Source of the DNA: Phaeosaccion multiseriatum
Lineage: Eukaryota; Protista; Ochrophyta, other classes
NCBI GenBank assembly: GCA_965112735.1
Contig: OZ218964.1
Coordinates: 2,604,001-2,668,000 of the forward strand
Reading direction: 5' to 3'
DNA: 64,000 bases
This document shows positions 15,679 to 29,370 of this stretch, one piece after another (position 1 is the first letter of the stretch; every line of letters starts with the position of its first letter). The position numbers and the translations under genes are program-made. The notes below the pieces were generated by a model, which worked only from the letters and a program-made list of their open reading frames with translations, ran no database searches and was not told the DNA's origin.

Positions 15679-17977
15679 TCAGGGGCTCGTCACGGGCGTG
15701 AGCACATTCTTTATTTGGTCAGAGTCCCCTCCGGAGGCCTCCCAGCCCGGCACAAGATCATCGCAGTAGAACTCGTCCACGGTCATGTCTTTGCTGAGCT
15801 TGGTGGCGATTCGAGCGGCGGCAAGCTCCGCCAAGACCACCTCCTGCTCGTCCTCGTCGGGAAGGCCTCGTGTGCGGGCCCTCATGAGCTTGACCGCCAC
15901 GAAGATGACGAACACTGCAGGGGACGGGGGACGGGAGGGAGGGAGGGAGGGATGGAGGGAGGGAGGGAGGGTTCAGTTTTGGCGTCAGTTCGGATGATTC
16001 TAGCTCAAGTATGGATCCCCGTGGATGGAACCATGCGATATCGGGAGGGAAGGAGGGAGGGAAGGAGGTCACGCTACACCATGAAGTCAAGGAGAGAGGG
16101 AGATAAATCACGCTCCATCATGAAGTCACTGAAGTCGATCGATTGTGCTGCCATATGTCAAACGGACCCTCCTCTCCACTCACAACCATATGGTGCCATA
16201 TGTTCTTATGTTCTCACTTACATAGCATGATCTCCTCGAAGGCCCCGGCGTTGGCGAAGGCGGATCCGAGGGCGGTGGAGGGCGTGGTGCACGTCTTACT
16301 CTTGCAGTCGAAATAGTCTTCCACGAGGGTTTCCGGGGTGAGGGTTGTGGACAGCGGCGCCAGCAGGTTCTTGCAGCTGGCAGCTCGGATGGAGGGCTTG
16401 AAACCGTAAAGGTTTTTGTTGACGAAGCCCGCAGAGCCATAGGTGTTGATGGCCACGGAACCGAGCGGGGTGGTGAGGTCGTCGGTCGCATAACGGTCGA
16501 GCAGAATCTCGAGGTCGAAATCGCTGTAGCAATCGCTGAAGCCGTCTACGCACCCTGCGTTGCACACGTCGTCGTAGAACTGGACGTCGGGCTTGAGCAG
16601 CAGCTGCGTTGAACCGATGGTATCCTGCAAGGCCTTGTCGGTGATGAGAATGAAGGCCTCGCCCGTCTCCTGGATGGTGATACTGTACGGCGGCGGGGTG
16701 GAACAGAAGCAAGAGAAGGCCCGGCCAAGGAGGGGGTGCGAGGAGTTGCAGGGCTCGTCAGTGAACTTACTCTAGCTCCGTGCTTTCTTAAACGACTTAG
16801 AAAGACACCTCCCTCCCTCCCATGTGCCTCTTACATGTTTGAGAACTCGGTATCTGTGAAGACTCCGCCCGTCGACATGGTCTCTTGGAAGCTCTGCAGC
16901 CTGCGACGGGCGTCAGAGTCGCTGGAAGTCGTCGAGGAGGCTCCAGAGGAGCCACTCGTGTCGGTCTCGGTGTCGGAGTCAGTGCCAGTTTCAGTGCCAG
17001 TAGAGCCGTTGTCTGCCTCTGTGTCCGTGTTCGTGCCGGTGTCGGAGCCGGTGTCAGAGGCGTCATCAATCGCCCGTTTGGCGTCACTCGCAATGCTTGC
17101 GTCGCTGGCTGTGGTCGAGGACGAGGAAGACCCCCCAGAGGAGGAGGAGAAGGAGCTGGTGCCAGTGCCAGTGCCAGTACCAGTGCCAGTGCCAGTGCCA
17201 GTGCCAGTACCAGTGCCAGTGCCAGTGCCAGTGCCAGTGCCAGTGCCAGTGCCAGTGCCAGTGGAGGCGGAGGAAGCGGAGGAGCTGGAGCCAATCCCTG
17301 AGCTTGAGGTGTACTGGTACGTGCTCTCTGCGTCGAACTCCGGCACCTCCACGAGCTGTTCCTTGGCATCCGCGACGGAGAGGATCTCCTTGTTGATGGC
17401 AATCGCCGTTGCGATGGTCGCGAGGTTGATGGTGAAGGGCAAGAAAGTCGTGTCTTCATCATCATCCCCCGTCCCCGTCGAGCTTGTTGTTGCTGTGGTT
17501 GCGTTCTGACCGAAGCAGAAGGGCTTGGCAGCGTCACAGCTGCAGTCCACACTGATGGCCATGGAGTCCCCACCCGATACAGACACTTCGTCTTGTCCGC
17601 AGCCGTACGTAGAATGGTCTTTGGCGAGGAGAATATCGGCGATGGTCGGATCGAAGATGTAGGGGAAGTAGCTGGGGGAGGGGAGAAAGAGCAAAGGGCC
17701 ACAGTAAGTCAATAAGCGCAGGTTGGGGGGTCGTGTTGTAGTCATGTAGACATAAGCAGGGGGGTCCAAGCGACGGCAGCACCAGCTAGGACTGAAATTG
17801 GAACTCGAAACTTTAGTAAGTACTTACGTGGGGAAGTCAAGCGCGAGGCTGCCCTTGCTGGCGGTGCACTTCTTGCTGGCAAGATACATGAAGTTCTGAG
17901 GACATGTCAAGCAAGCAGGGGTATATGGGCATGGGGAGAGGAGGGAGAGAAAGGACGGGAGAGAGAAGGATACACAG

Positions 17978-18025
<48 letters not shown>

Positions 18026-19105
18026 AAGAGAGGCAGGTTGTGGGTCAGGTTGTGGGTCAGGCGTATTCTCGATGTCACAAGGGAGCGCGGCGACTGGTCA
18101 CGAGGCAGGGGCAGGGCTGACGACCAACGAGGGGTAGCTACACCCTCAGTCAAGCTTGATCAGACTCATTGAGACTCAGGCAGACACACTCACGTCGATG
18201 CTGGTGTGCGTCTTGGTGAAGGCGTTGATCTCTGTGATGCACTCGTTGATGGTGGCGACGTCAACTGCGAATTGCTCGTTGCCTCCGCTGTAGTCATTGA
18301 ACGTCAGCCTCTTCCACTGAGCAGGAGGCAACCGGGCAAGGGAGGGGGGGGAGTGTGAATAAGCGAGACCGCATCGCACTCCAGCCAGACCAAATGTCGG
18401 GGAGCAAGCGACGCGCAAGCCACGCAAACACTTGTTCCCACACTCACTCACCGAGTCCGATCCCTTGTACGAAGTCCCGTTGTTTGAGAAGGTGTTGTCC
18501 TCTGTGACAAAGAAGCTCGAGGTTGTGGTGACTGGAACCGTCGTGCAAGTAATCTCGTTGTAGGATGTCTTCTTGTCTTGCTTCTCCAAGCTCACGTAGC
18601 GAGTCGTCTATAGTCGTTTACAGGGACAGTAGAGTGTTACTTGTTACTTTGGCTGTGGAAGCTCAGTGAGGCAATTGGAAGGAGTCAAGCCCACTCACCG
18701 CGCACGTCTGCAGCCCACTGACGAAGAAGTAGAGAAACGCAATCGCTAGTGCAATCTGCCAGGGGAAGAGAAGAGGAGAGAGAGGGGCAGGGCAGTGAGT
18801 CAATCATCGTCACAGCTTTGTTGTTTCTCCGATTTGCTTGCGGACATTGCCAAGTTATCACGCTGTGTTTCCCCATCAACTCGCGTCTCCGCGTGTCTCA
18901 CCCAGAGGAGGATGCCGCACATGAACCTGGGCTTCCCCTTGACAACACGGAGCTTCAGAGGTAGGCTTGACAGGAAGTCGGCCCGGAATCTCTGCAGGGT
19001 GGTCTTGGGCGTTCGCTCAGCCGGGCGGGGAGCCACCCCGGCCGTACGCTGCGGAGGAGGAGGAGGGGCCGTGGCCCCCTCTTCGTAATCATGCATTCTG
19101 CTCAT
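15679..19105 (-). CDS. Array copy 3 (chimera), 2-TM Cys-rich protein
   Basis: Exon translations identical to copy 2. Stop codon offset is 4829 bp. Confidence 0.85.
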
Positions 19106-19433
19106 GTTTGGCAAGTTTTTCTGTATTACCACCCCTTGATCCTTTTTCGCTTGTACTTTCCTCTCTCCTCCTTCCCCTTTCCACTTTAGCTACTAATGGC
19201 GAGAATACTCAAGGGGTTTAGAGAATGCACAACCAGAGCCCTGCTCCCAATGGCAGGTCTCCTATTATCCTGAAGTTTCCTAACGATTTATCTCTAGGTA
19301 AAGTAACAAGTGATTTGTGCTTTCCTTTGCCTCCGGCGAGATTTCCGTAACGCCAGTTCCTTTTCAGTTTTTCTTAAGTGATTCGCCCAAATTGCCCCCA
19401 ATAATTTTTTTGCACGTACTTCGGAAAATGACA

Positions 19434-19854
19434 GGGAGAAGCGCTATAGCTCTTCGTGTAGCTCTTTGAGATCCCCACCGATCCATGGTCTTTCGGCTTT
19501 CATCGCCTCTTCCCTTCCGTAGTTTTCAGCATTTCCGCAGCAGCACCCCCTTCCCGGGGGGGGGGGGCGGGGGATGTGCACGTCACGGAAATCGCACCAG
19601 GCTTGCGAAGGGTCCTGCTGCTGCTCCACTGTGGCTAGCCGCCGTAGCGCTGCGCCTGTTCTCTTGCAGAAGGGCGGGCAAGCTGCCCATGAGCGATTTC
19701 CGTGGCGTGCACATCCCCCTTCTCCCCCCCCCGGGAAGGGGGTGCTGCTGCGGAAATGCTGACAACTACGGAAGGGAAGAGGCGATGAAAGCCGAAAGAC
19801 CATGGATCGGTGGGGATCTCAAAGAGCTACACGAAGAGCTATAGCGCTTCTCCC
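19434..19854. repeat. Long inverted repeat / hairpin 3
   Basis: Same as hairpin 1 apart from homopolymer lengths. Confidence 0.95.
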
Positions 19855-20507
19855 AGCTTTCCGTTTTTTTTGTTTTTTTTTTCCCATTAAACATTAACCT
19901 ACAAATACACAAATACACAAATACACATGTACCTGTACCATTAAGCCACAAATACACATAAATCCCCCCCCCTTAACCATTAACCTACAAATACACATGT
20001 ACCTCTTGTAACCGTTAACATGTATTGCGCTGTGCAGCAACACAACACCTGCACACCTTCCCTTCTGTCCATTCTATCCTTTGCAAGATCATTCGATCAT
20101 TCGATCATTCCCCTTCACTATGGTGCCATCTGGTGCTCGTTGGGGGAATCGTCTCGCTCGATGCCCACTTTTCATGTCTCTCCCCCAAATTCTCAGTAAA
20201 GGCCCCGCCGTCACGCACCGCTCTGTTACCAACAAGTCAATAAATCCGACCCTCCGCCCCTGTCCAATAATGAAACAGAGCTTCTCTCCCAACACCAGCA
20301 GCATCAGCTGCGAAATCGCCATGATACACCATCCACTGCCATCCAACCCCCCCCCAGTGCAGTATGTGCAAACGTACGGTTCATCACCTCCTGACACTGC
20401 TCCACACTACCTACCTACCAACCAACCCATGCAGCTCGCTCGCTCCCTCCTGTGGTCTTAGCTGATCTGCCGCTAGGATTCTAGCATGGCTCGTCATCAA
20501 ATCATCA

Positions 20508-22807
20508 TCAGGGGCTCGTCACGGGCGTGAGCACATTCTTTATTTGGTCAGAGTCCCCTCCGGAGGCCTCCCAGCCCGGCACAAGATCATCGCAGTAGAA
20601 CTCGTCCACGGTCATGTCTTTGCTGAGCTTGGTGGCGATTCGAGCGGCGGCAAGCTCCGCCAAGACCACCTCCTGCTCGTCCTCGTCGGGAAGGCCTCGT
20701 GTGCGGGCCCTCATGAGCTTGACCGCCACGAAGATGACGAACACTGCAGGGGACGGGGGACGGGAGGGAGGGAGGGAGGGATGGAGGGAGGGAGGGAGGG
20801 TTCAGTTTTGGCGTCAGTTCGGATGATTCTAGCTCAAGTATGGATCCCCGTGGATGGAACCATGCGATATCGGGAGGGAAGGAGGGAGGGAAGGAGGTCA
20901 CGCTACACCATGAAGTCAAGGAGAGAGGGAGATAAATCACGCTCCATCATGAAGTCACTGAAGTCGATCGATTGTGCTGCCATATGTCAAACGGACCCTC
21001 CCTCTCCACTCACAACCATATGGTGCCATATGTTCTTATGTTCTCACTTACATAGCATGATCTCCTCGAAGGCCCCGGCGTTGGCGAAGGCGGATCCGAG
21101 GGCGGTGGAGGGCGTGGTGCACGTCTTACTCTTGCAGTCGAAATAGTCTTCCACGAGGGTTTCCGGGGTGAGGGTTGTGGACAGCGGCGCCAGCAGGTTC
21201 TTGCAGCTGGCAGCTCGGATGGAGGGCTTGAAACCGTAAAGGTTTTTGTTGACGAAGCCCGCAGAGCCATAGGTGTTGATGGCCACGGAACCGAGCGGGG
21301 TGGTGAGGTCGTCGGTCGCATAACGGTCGAGCAGAATCTCGAGGTCGAAATCGCTGTAGCAATCGCTGAAGCCGTCTACGCACCCTGCGTTGCACACGTC
21401 GTCGTAGAACTGGACGTCGGGCTTGAGCAGCAGCTGCGTTGAACCGATGGTATCCTGCAAGGCCTTGTCGGTGATGAGAATGAAGGCCTCGCCCGTCTCC
21501 TGGATGGTGATACTGTACGGCGGCGGGGTGGAACAGAAGCAAGAGAAGGCCCGGCCAAGGAGGGGGTGCGAGGAGTTGCAGGGCTCGTCAGTGAACTTAC
21601 TCTAGCTCCGTGCTTTCTTAAACGACTTAGAAAGACACCTCCCTCCCTCCCATGTGCCTCTTACATGTTTGAGAACTCGGTATCTGTGAAGACTCCGCCC
21701 GTCGACATGGTCTCTTGGAAGCTCTGCAGCCTGCGACGGGCGTCAGAGTCGCTGGAAGTCGTCGAGGAGGCTCCAGAGGAGCCACTCGTGTCGGTCTCGG
21801 TGTCGGAGTCAGTGCCAGTTTCAGTGCCAGTAGAGCCGTTGTCTGCCTCTGTGTCCGTGTTCGTGCCGGTGTCGGAGCCGGTGTCAGAGGCGTCATCAAT
21901 CGCCCGTTTGGCGTCACTCGCAATGCTTGCGTCGCTGGCTGTGGTCGAGGACGAGGAAGACCCCCCAGAGGAGGAGGAGAAGGAGCTGGTGCCAGTGCCA
22001 GTGCCAGTACCAGTGCCAGTGCCAGTGCCAGTGCCAGTACCAGTGCCAGTGCCAGTGCCAGTGCCAGTGCCAGTGCCAGTGCCAGTGCCAGTGGAGGCGG
22101 AGGAAGCGGAGGAGCTGGAGCCAATCCCTGAGCTTGAGGTGTACTGGTACGTGCTCTCTGCGTCGAACTCCGGCACCTCCACGAGCTGTTCCTTGGCATC
22201 CGCGACGGAGAGGATCTCCTTGTTGATGGCAATCGCCGTTGCGATGGTCGCGAGGTTGATGGTGAAGGGCAAGAAAGTCGTGTCTTCATCATCATCCCCC
22301 GTCCCCGTCGAGCTTGTTGTTGCTGTGGTTGCGTTCTGACCGAAGCAGAAGGGCTTGGCAGCGTCACAGCTGCAGTCCACACTGATGGCCATGGAGTCCC
22401 CACCCGATACAGACACTTCGTCTTGTCCGCAGCCGTACGTAGAATGGTCTTTGGCGAGGAGAATATCGGCGATGGTCGGATCGAAGATGTAGGGGAAGTA
22501 GCTGGGGGAGGGGAGAAAGAGCAAAGGGCCACAGTAAGTCAATAAGCGCAGGTTGGGGGGTCGTGTTGTAGTCATGTAGACATAAGCAGGGGGGTCCAAG
22601 CGACGGCAGCACCAGCTAGGACTGAAATTGGAACTCGAAACTTTAGTAAGTACTTACGTGGGGAAGTCAAGCGCGAGGCTGCCCTTGCTGGCGGTGCACT
22701 TCTTGCTGGCAAGATACATGAAGTTCTGAGGACATGTCAAGCAAGCAGGGGTATATGGGCATGGGGAGAGGAGGGAGAGAAAGGACGGGAGAGAGAAGGA
22801 TACACAG

Positions 22808-22857
<50 letters not shown>

Positions 22858-23937
22858 AAGAGAGGCAGGTTGTGGGTCAGGTTGTGGGTCAGGCGTATTC
22901 TCGATGTCACAAGGGAGCGCGGCGACTGGTCACGAGGCAGGGGCAGGGCTGACGACCAACGAGGGGTAGCTACACCCTCAGTCAAGCTTGATCAGACTCA
23001 TTGAGACTCAGGCAGACACACTCACGTCGATGCTGGTGTGCGTCTTGGTGAAGGCGTTGATCTCTGTGATGCACTCGTTGATGGTGGCGACGTCAACTGC
23101 GAATTGCTCGTTGCCTCCGCTGTAGTCATTGAACGTCAGCCTCTTCCACTGAGCAGGAGGCAACCGGGCAAGGGAGGGGGGGGAGTGTGAATAAGCGAGA
23201 CCGCATCGCACTCCAGCCAGACCAAATGTCGGGGAGCAAGCGACGCGCAAGCCACGCAAACACTTGTTCCCACACTCACTCACCGAGTCCGATCCCTTGT
23301 ACGAAGTCCCGTTGTTTGAGAAGGTGTTGTCCTCTGTGACAAAGAAGCTCGAGGTTGTGGTGACTGGAACCGTCGTGCAAGTAATCTCGTTGTAGGATGT
23401 CTTCTTGTCTTGCTTCTCCAAGCTCACGTAGCGAGTCGTCTATAGTCGTTTACAGGGACAGTAGAGTGTTACTTGTTACTTTGGCTGTGGAAGCTCAGTG
23501 AGGCAATTGGAAGGAGTCAAGCCCACTCACCGCGCACGTCTGCAGCCCACTGACGAAGAAGTAGAGAAACGCAATCGCTAGTGCAATCTGCCAGGGGAAG
23601 AGAAGAGGAGAGAGAGGGGCAGGGCAGTGAGTCAATCATCGTCACAGCTTTGTTGTTTCTCCGATTTGCTTGCGGACATTGCCAAGTTATCACGCTGTGT
23701 TTCCCCATCAACTCGCGTCTCCGCGTGTCTCACCCAGAGGAGGATGCCGCACATGAACCTGGGCTTCCCCTTGACAACACGGAGCTTCAGAGGTAGGCTT
23801 GACAGGAAGTCGGCCCGGAATCTCTGCAGGGTGGTCTTGGGCGTTCGCTCAGCCGGGCGGGGAGCCACCCCGGCCGTACGCTGCGGAGGAGGAGGAGGGG
23901 CCGTGGCCCCCTCTTCGTAATCATGCATTCTGCTCAT
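20508..23937 (-). CDS. Array copy 4 (chimera), 2-TM Cys-rich protein
   Basis: Exon translations identical to copy 2. Stop codon offset is 4829 bp from copy 3. Confidence 0.85.
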
Positions 23938-24265
23938 GTTTGGCAAGTTTTTCTGTATTACCACCCCTTGATCCTTTTTCGCTTGTACTTTCCTCTCTCC
24001 TCCTTCCCCTTTCCACTTTAGCTACTAATGGCGAGAATACTCAAGGGGTTTAGAGAATGCACAACCAGAGCCCTGCTCCCAATGGCAGGTCTCCTATTAT
24101 CCTGAAGTTTCCTAACGATTTATCTCTAGGTAAAGTAACAAGTGATTTGTGCTTTCCTTTGCCTCCGGCGAGATTTCCGTAACGCCAGTTCCTTTTCAGT
24201 TTTTCTTAAGTGATTCGCCCAAATTGCCCCCAATAATTTTTTTGCACGTACTTCGGAAAATGACA

Positions 24266-24689
24266 GGGAGAAGCGCTATAGCTCTTCGTGTAGCTCTTTG
24301 AGATCCCCACCGATCCATGGTCTTTCGGCTTTCATCGCCTCTTCCCTTCCGTAGTTTTCAGCATTTCCGCAGCAGCACCCCCCTTCCCGGGGGGGGGGGG
24401 GGCGGGGGATGTGCACGTCACGGAAATCGCACCAGGCTTGCGAAGGGTCCTGCTGCTGCTCCACTGTGGCTAGCCGCCGTAGCGCTGCGCCTGTTCTCTT
24501 GCAGAAGGGCGGGCAAGCTGCCCATGAGCGATTTCCGTGGCGTGCACATCCCCCTTCTCCCCCCCCCGGGAAGGGGGTGCTGCTGCGGAAATGCTGACAA
24601 CTACGGAAGGGAAGAGGCGATGAAAGCCGAAAGACCATGGATCGGTGGGGATCTCAAAGAGCTACACGAAGAGCTATAGCGCTTCTCCC
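24266..24689. repeat. Long inverted repeat / hairpin 4
   Basis: Same as hairpin 1 apart from homopolymer lengths. Confidence 0.95.
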
Positions 24690-25341
24690 AGCTTTCCGTT
24701 TTTTTGTTTTTTTTTTCCCATTAAACATTAACCTACAAATACACAAATACACAAATACACATGTACCTGTACCATTAAGCCACAAATACACATAAATCCC
24801 CCCCCCTTAACCATTAACCTACAAATACACATGTACCTCTTGTAACCGTTAACATGTATTGCGCTGTGCAGCAACACAACACCTGCACACCTTCCCTTCT
24901 GTCCATTCTATCCTTTGCAAGATCATTCGATCATTCGATCATTCCCCTTCACTATGGTGCCATCTGGTGCTCGTTGGGGGAATCGTCTCGCTCGATGCCC
25001 ACTTTTCATGTCTCTCCCCCAAATTCTCAGTAAAGGCCCCGCCGTCACGCACCGCTCTGTTACCAACAAGTCAATAAATCCGACCCTCCGCCCCTGTCCA
25101 ATAATGAAACAGAGCTTCTCTCCCAACACCAGCAGCATCAGCTGCGAAATCGCCATGATACACCATCCACTGCCATCCAACCCCCCCCCAGTGCAGTATG
25201 TGCAAACGTACGGTTCATCACCTCCTGACACTGCTCCACACTACCTACCTACCAACCAACCCATGCAGCTCGCTCGCTCCCTCCTGTGGTCTTAGCTGAT
25301 CTGCCGCTAGGATTCTAGCATGGCTCGTCATCAAATCATCA

Positions 25342-27641
25342 TCAGGGGCTCGTCACGGGCGTGAGCACATTCTTTATTTGGTCAGAGTCCCCTCCGGAGG
25401 CCTCCCAGCCCGGCACAAGATCATCGCAGTAGAACTCGTCCACGGTCATGTCTTTGCTGAGCTTGGTGGCGATTCGAGCGGCGGCAAGCTCCGCCAAGAC
25501 CACCTCCTGCTCGTCCTCGTCGGGAAGGCCTCGTGTGCGGGCCCTCATGAGCTTGACCGCCACGAAGATGACGAACACTGCAGGGGACGGGGGACGGGAG
25601 GGAGGGAGGGAGGGATGGAGGGAGGGAGGGAGGGTTCAGTTTTGGCGTCAGTTCGGATGATTCTAGCTCAAGTATGGATCCCCGTGGATGGAACCATGCG
25701 ATATCGGGAGGGAAGGAGGGAGGGAAGGAGGTCACGCTACACCATGAAGTCAAGGAGAGAGGGAGATAAATCACGCTCCATCATGAAGTCACTGAAGTCG
25801 ATCGATTGTGCTGCCATATGTCAAACGGACCCTCCCTCTCCACTCACAACCATATGGTGCCATATGTTCTTATGTTCTCACTTACATAGCATGATCTCCT
25901 CGAAGGCCCCGGCGTTGGCGAAGGCGGATCCGAGGGCGGTGGAGGGCGTGGTGCACGTCTTACTCTTGCAGTCGAAATAGTCTTCCACGAGGGTTTCCGG
26001 GGTGAGGGTTGTGGACAGCGGCGCCAGCAGGTTCTTGCAGCTGGCAGCTCGGATGGAGGGCTTGAAACCGTAAAGGTTTTTGTTGACGAAGCCCGCAGAG
26101 CCATAGGTGTTGATGGCCACGGAACCGAGCGGGGTGGTGAGGTCGTCGGTCGCATAACGGTCGAGCAGAATCTCGAGGTCGAAATCGCTGTAGCAATCGC
26201 TGAAGCCGTCTACGCACCCTGCGTTGCACACGTCGTCGTAGAACTGGACGTCGGGCTTGAGCAGCAGCTGCGTTGAACCGATGGTATCCTGCAAGGCCTT
26301 GTCGGTGATGAGAATGAAGGCCTCGCCCGTCTCCTGGATGGTGATACTGTACGGCGGCGGGGTGGAACAGAAGCAAGAGAAGGCCCGGCCAAGGAGGGGG
26401 TGCGAGGAGTTGCAGGGCTCGTCAGTGAACTTACTCTAGCTCCGTGCTTTCTTAAACGACTTAGAAAGACACCTCCCTCCCTCCCATGTGCCTCTTACAT
26501 GTTTGAGAACTCGGTATCTGTGAAGACTCCGCCCGTCGACATGGTCTCTTGGAAGCTCTGCAGCCTGCGACGGGCGTCAGAGTCGCTGGAAGTCGTCGAG
26601 GAGGCTCCAGAGGAGCCACTCGTGTCGGTCTCGGTGTCGGAGTCAGTGCCAGTTTCAGTGCCAGTAGAGCCGTTGTCTGCCTCTGTGTCCGTGTTCGTGC
26701 CGGTGTCGGAGCCGGTGTCAGAGGCGTCATCAATCGCCCGTTTGGCGTCACTCGCAATGCTTGCGTCGCTGGCTGTGGTCGAGGACGAGGAAGACCCCCC
26801 AGAGGAGGAGGAGAAGGAGCTGGTGCCAGTGCCAGTGCCAGTACCAGTGCCAGTGCCAGTGCCAGTGCCAGTACCAGTGCCAGTGCCAGTGCCAGTGCCA
26901 GTGCCAGTGCCAGTGCCAGTGCCAGTGGAGGCGGAGGAAGCGGAGGAGCTGGAGCCAATCCCTGAGCTTGAGGTGTACTGGTACGTGCTCTCTGCGTCGA
27001 ACTCCGGCACCTCCACGAGCTGTTCCTTGGCATCCGCGACGGAGAGGATCTCCTTGTTGATGGCAATCGCCGTTGCGATGGTCGCGAGGTTGATGGTGAA
27101 GGGCAAGAAAGTCGTGTCTTCATCATCATCCCCCGTCCCCGTCGAGCTTGTTGTTGCTGTGGTTGCGTTCTGACCGAAGCAGAAGGGCTTGGCAGCGTCA
27201 CAGCTGCAGTCCACACTGATGGCCATGGAGTCCCCACCCGATACAGACACTTCGTCTTGTCCGCAGCCGTACGTAGAATGGTCTTTGGCGAGGAGAATAT
27301 CGGCGATGGTCGGATCGAAGATGTAGGGGAAGTAGCTGGGGGAGGGGAGAAAGAGCAAAGGGCCACAGTAAGTCAATAAGCGCAGGTTGGGGGGTCGTGT
27401 TGTAGTCATGTAGACATAAGCAGGGGGGTCCAAGCGACGGCAGCACCAGCTAGGACTGAAATTGGAACTCGAAACTTTAGTAAGTACTTACGTGGGGAAG
27501 TCAAGCGCGAGGCTGCCCTTGCTGGCGGTGCACTTCTTGCTGGCAAGATACATGAAGTTCTGAGGACATGTCAAGCAAGCAGGGGTATATGGGCATGGGG
27601 AGAGGAGGGAGAGAAAGGACGGGAGAGAGAAGGATACACAG

Positions 27642-27691
<50 letters not shown>

Positions 27692-28753
27692 AAGAGAGGC
27701 AGGTTGTGGGTCAGGTTGTGGGTCAGGCGTATTCTCGATGTCACAAGGGAGCGCGGCGACTGGTCACGAGGCAGGGGCAGGGCTGACGACCAACGAGGGG
27801 TAGCTACACCCTCAGTCAAGCTTGATCAGACTCATTGAGACTCAGGCAGACACACTCACGTCGATGCTGGTGTGCGTCTTGGTGAAGGCGTTGATCTCTG
27901 TGATGCACTCGTTGATGGTGGCGACGTCAACTGCGAATTGCTCGTTGCCTCCGCTGTAGTCATTGAACGTCAGCCTCTTCCACTGAGCAGGAGGCAACCG
28001 GGCAAGGGAGGGGGGCGTGTGAATAAGCCAGACCGCATCGCACTCCAGCCAGACCAAATGTCGGGGAGCAAGCGACGCGCAAGCCACGCAAACACTTGTT
28101 CCCACACTCACTCACCGAGTCCGATCCCTTGTACGAAGTCCCGTTGTTTGAGAAGGTGTTGTCCTCTGTGACAAAGAAGCTCGAGGTTGTGGTGACTGGA
28201 ACCGTCGTGCAAGTAATCTCGTTGTAGGACGTCTTCTTGTCTTGTTTCTCCAAGCTCACGTAGCGAGTCGTCTATAGTCGTTTACAGGGACAGTGTTACT
28301 TGTTATTGAGGGAGGAAGGGGAGGGAAGGAAAGGAAAGGAAAGGAGGGGACTTACCGCGCACGTCTGCAGCCCGCTGATGAAGAAGTAGAGAAACGCAAT
28401 CGCTAGTGCAATCTGCCAGGGGTGATGAGAAGCAGGCGGGAGAGGGGCAGGGCAGTGAGTCAATCATCGTCAGCTTTGTTGTGTCTCCGATTTGCGGACA
28501 TTGCCAAGTCATCACGCTGTGTTTTCCCGTCAACTCGCGTCTCCGCGTGTCTCACCCAGAGGAGGATGCCGCACATGAACCTGGGCTTCCCCTTGACAAC
28601 ACGGAGCTTCAGAGGTAGGCTTGACAGGAAGTCGGCCCGGAATCTCTGCAGGGTGGTCTTGGGCGTTCGCTCAGCCGGGCGGGGAGCCACCCCGGCCGTA
28701 CGCTGCGGAGGAGGGGTCGTGGCCCCCTTTTCGGCAACATAAACTCTGCTCAT
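25342..28753 (-). CDS. Array copy 5 (paralog B), 2-TM Cys-rich protein
   Basis: The 3' part is identical to copies 2-4. It has its own N-terminus (MSRVYVAEKGATTPPPQ), introns 1-3 and upstream region. Confidence 0.85.
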
Positions 28754-29370
28754 GTTTGGCCCTCTCTTCCTTCGTATTCCCTTGTTTCTTTTTCGCTTGT
28801 ACTCTGCTGTGCTGCCTTTCTCTATCTCCCCTCTTCCTCGTTCCCCTTTTCCCGCCCGCGTTGAGAAGCGAACGGCGAGATTTCCGTAACCGCCAGTTCC
28901 TTTTCACCAAAGCTACTTAAAAGGCCCGAAAGTGGGGCCTTGTCGTGTTAATTGCAACGAGATTGGACCAATCTTGGAACCTTGTCGTGTTAATACAATA
29001 GGCCCGAGACCCCTTGGTGGCTGGGTGCCTGGCTTTGACATGGCATTCACAAACACATCAACATCCAAGCACAAAAGGTGAGGAGTGTATCTTAGAGTGG
29101 GCAAGGATCGGGGAGAGGCAGAGACAACGGGAGGGAGAGGGACGAGCGAGGGGGGACGGACGGCAGCACAGAAGAGAAGGAGGAGCGGCGGCGGGCGCTT
29201 CCGCACCACCTCTACTCTTGTTGCTGTAACGTATTTCTTTCCTGAGGCCTCAAGAGAGCCCAGCTCTGACCCGCTTTCCCCCCTCCTTTCCCCCATCCAC
29301 TCTCCATCACTACCACTACGAACCCACTCCGCAGCCCATCTTTCGCCAAAGAAAGACGGACAATAAAACC

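Noticed and set aside
19444-19844. Mirror-image ~120-aa ORFs on both strands of the hairpin
   Set aside because: They follow from the inverted repeat, and their frames change between copies with homopolymer length.
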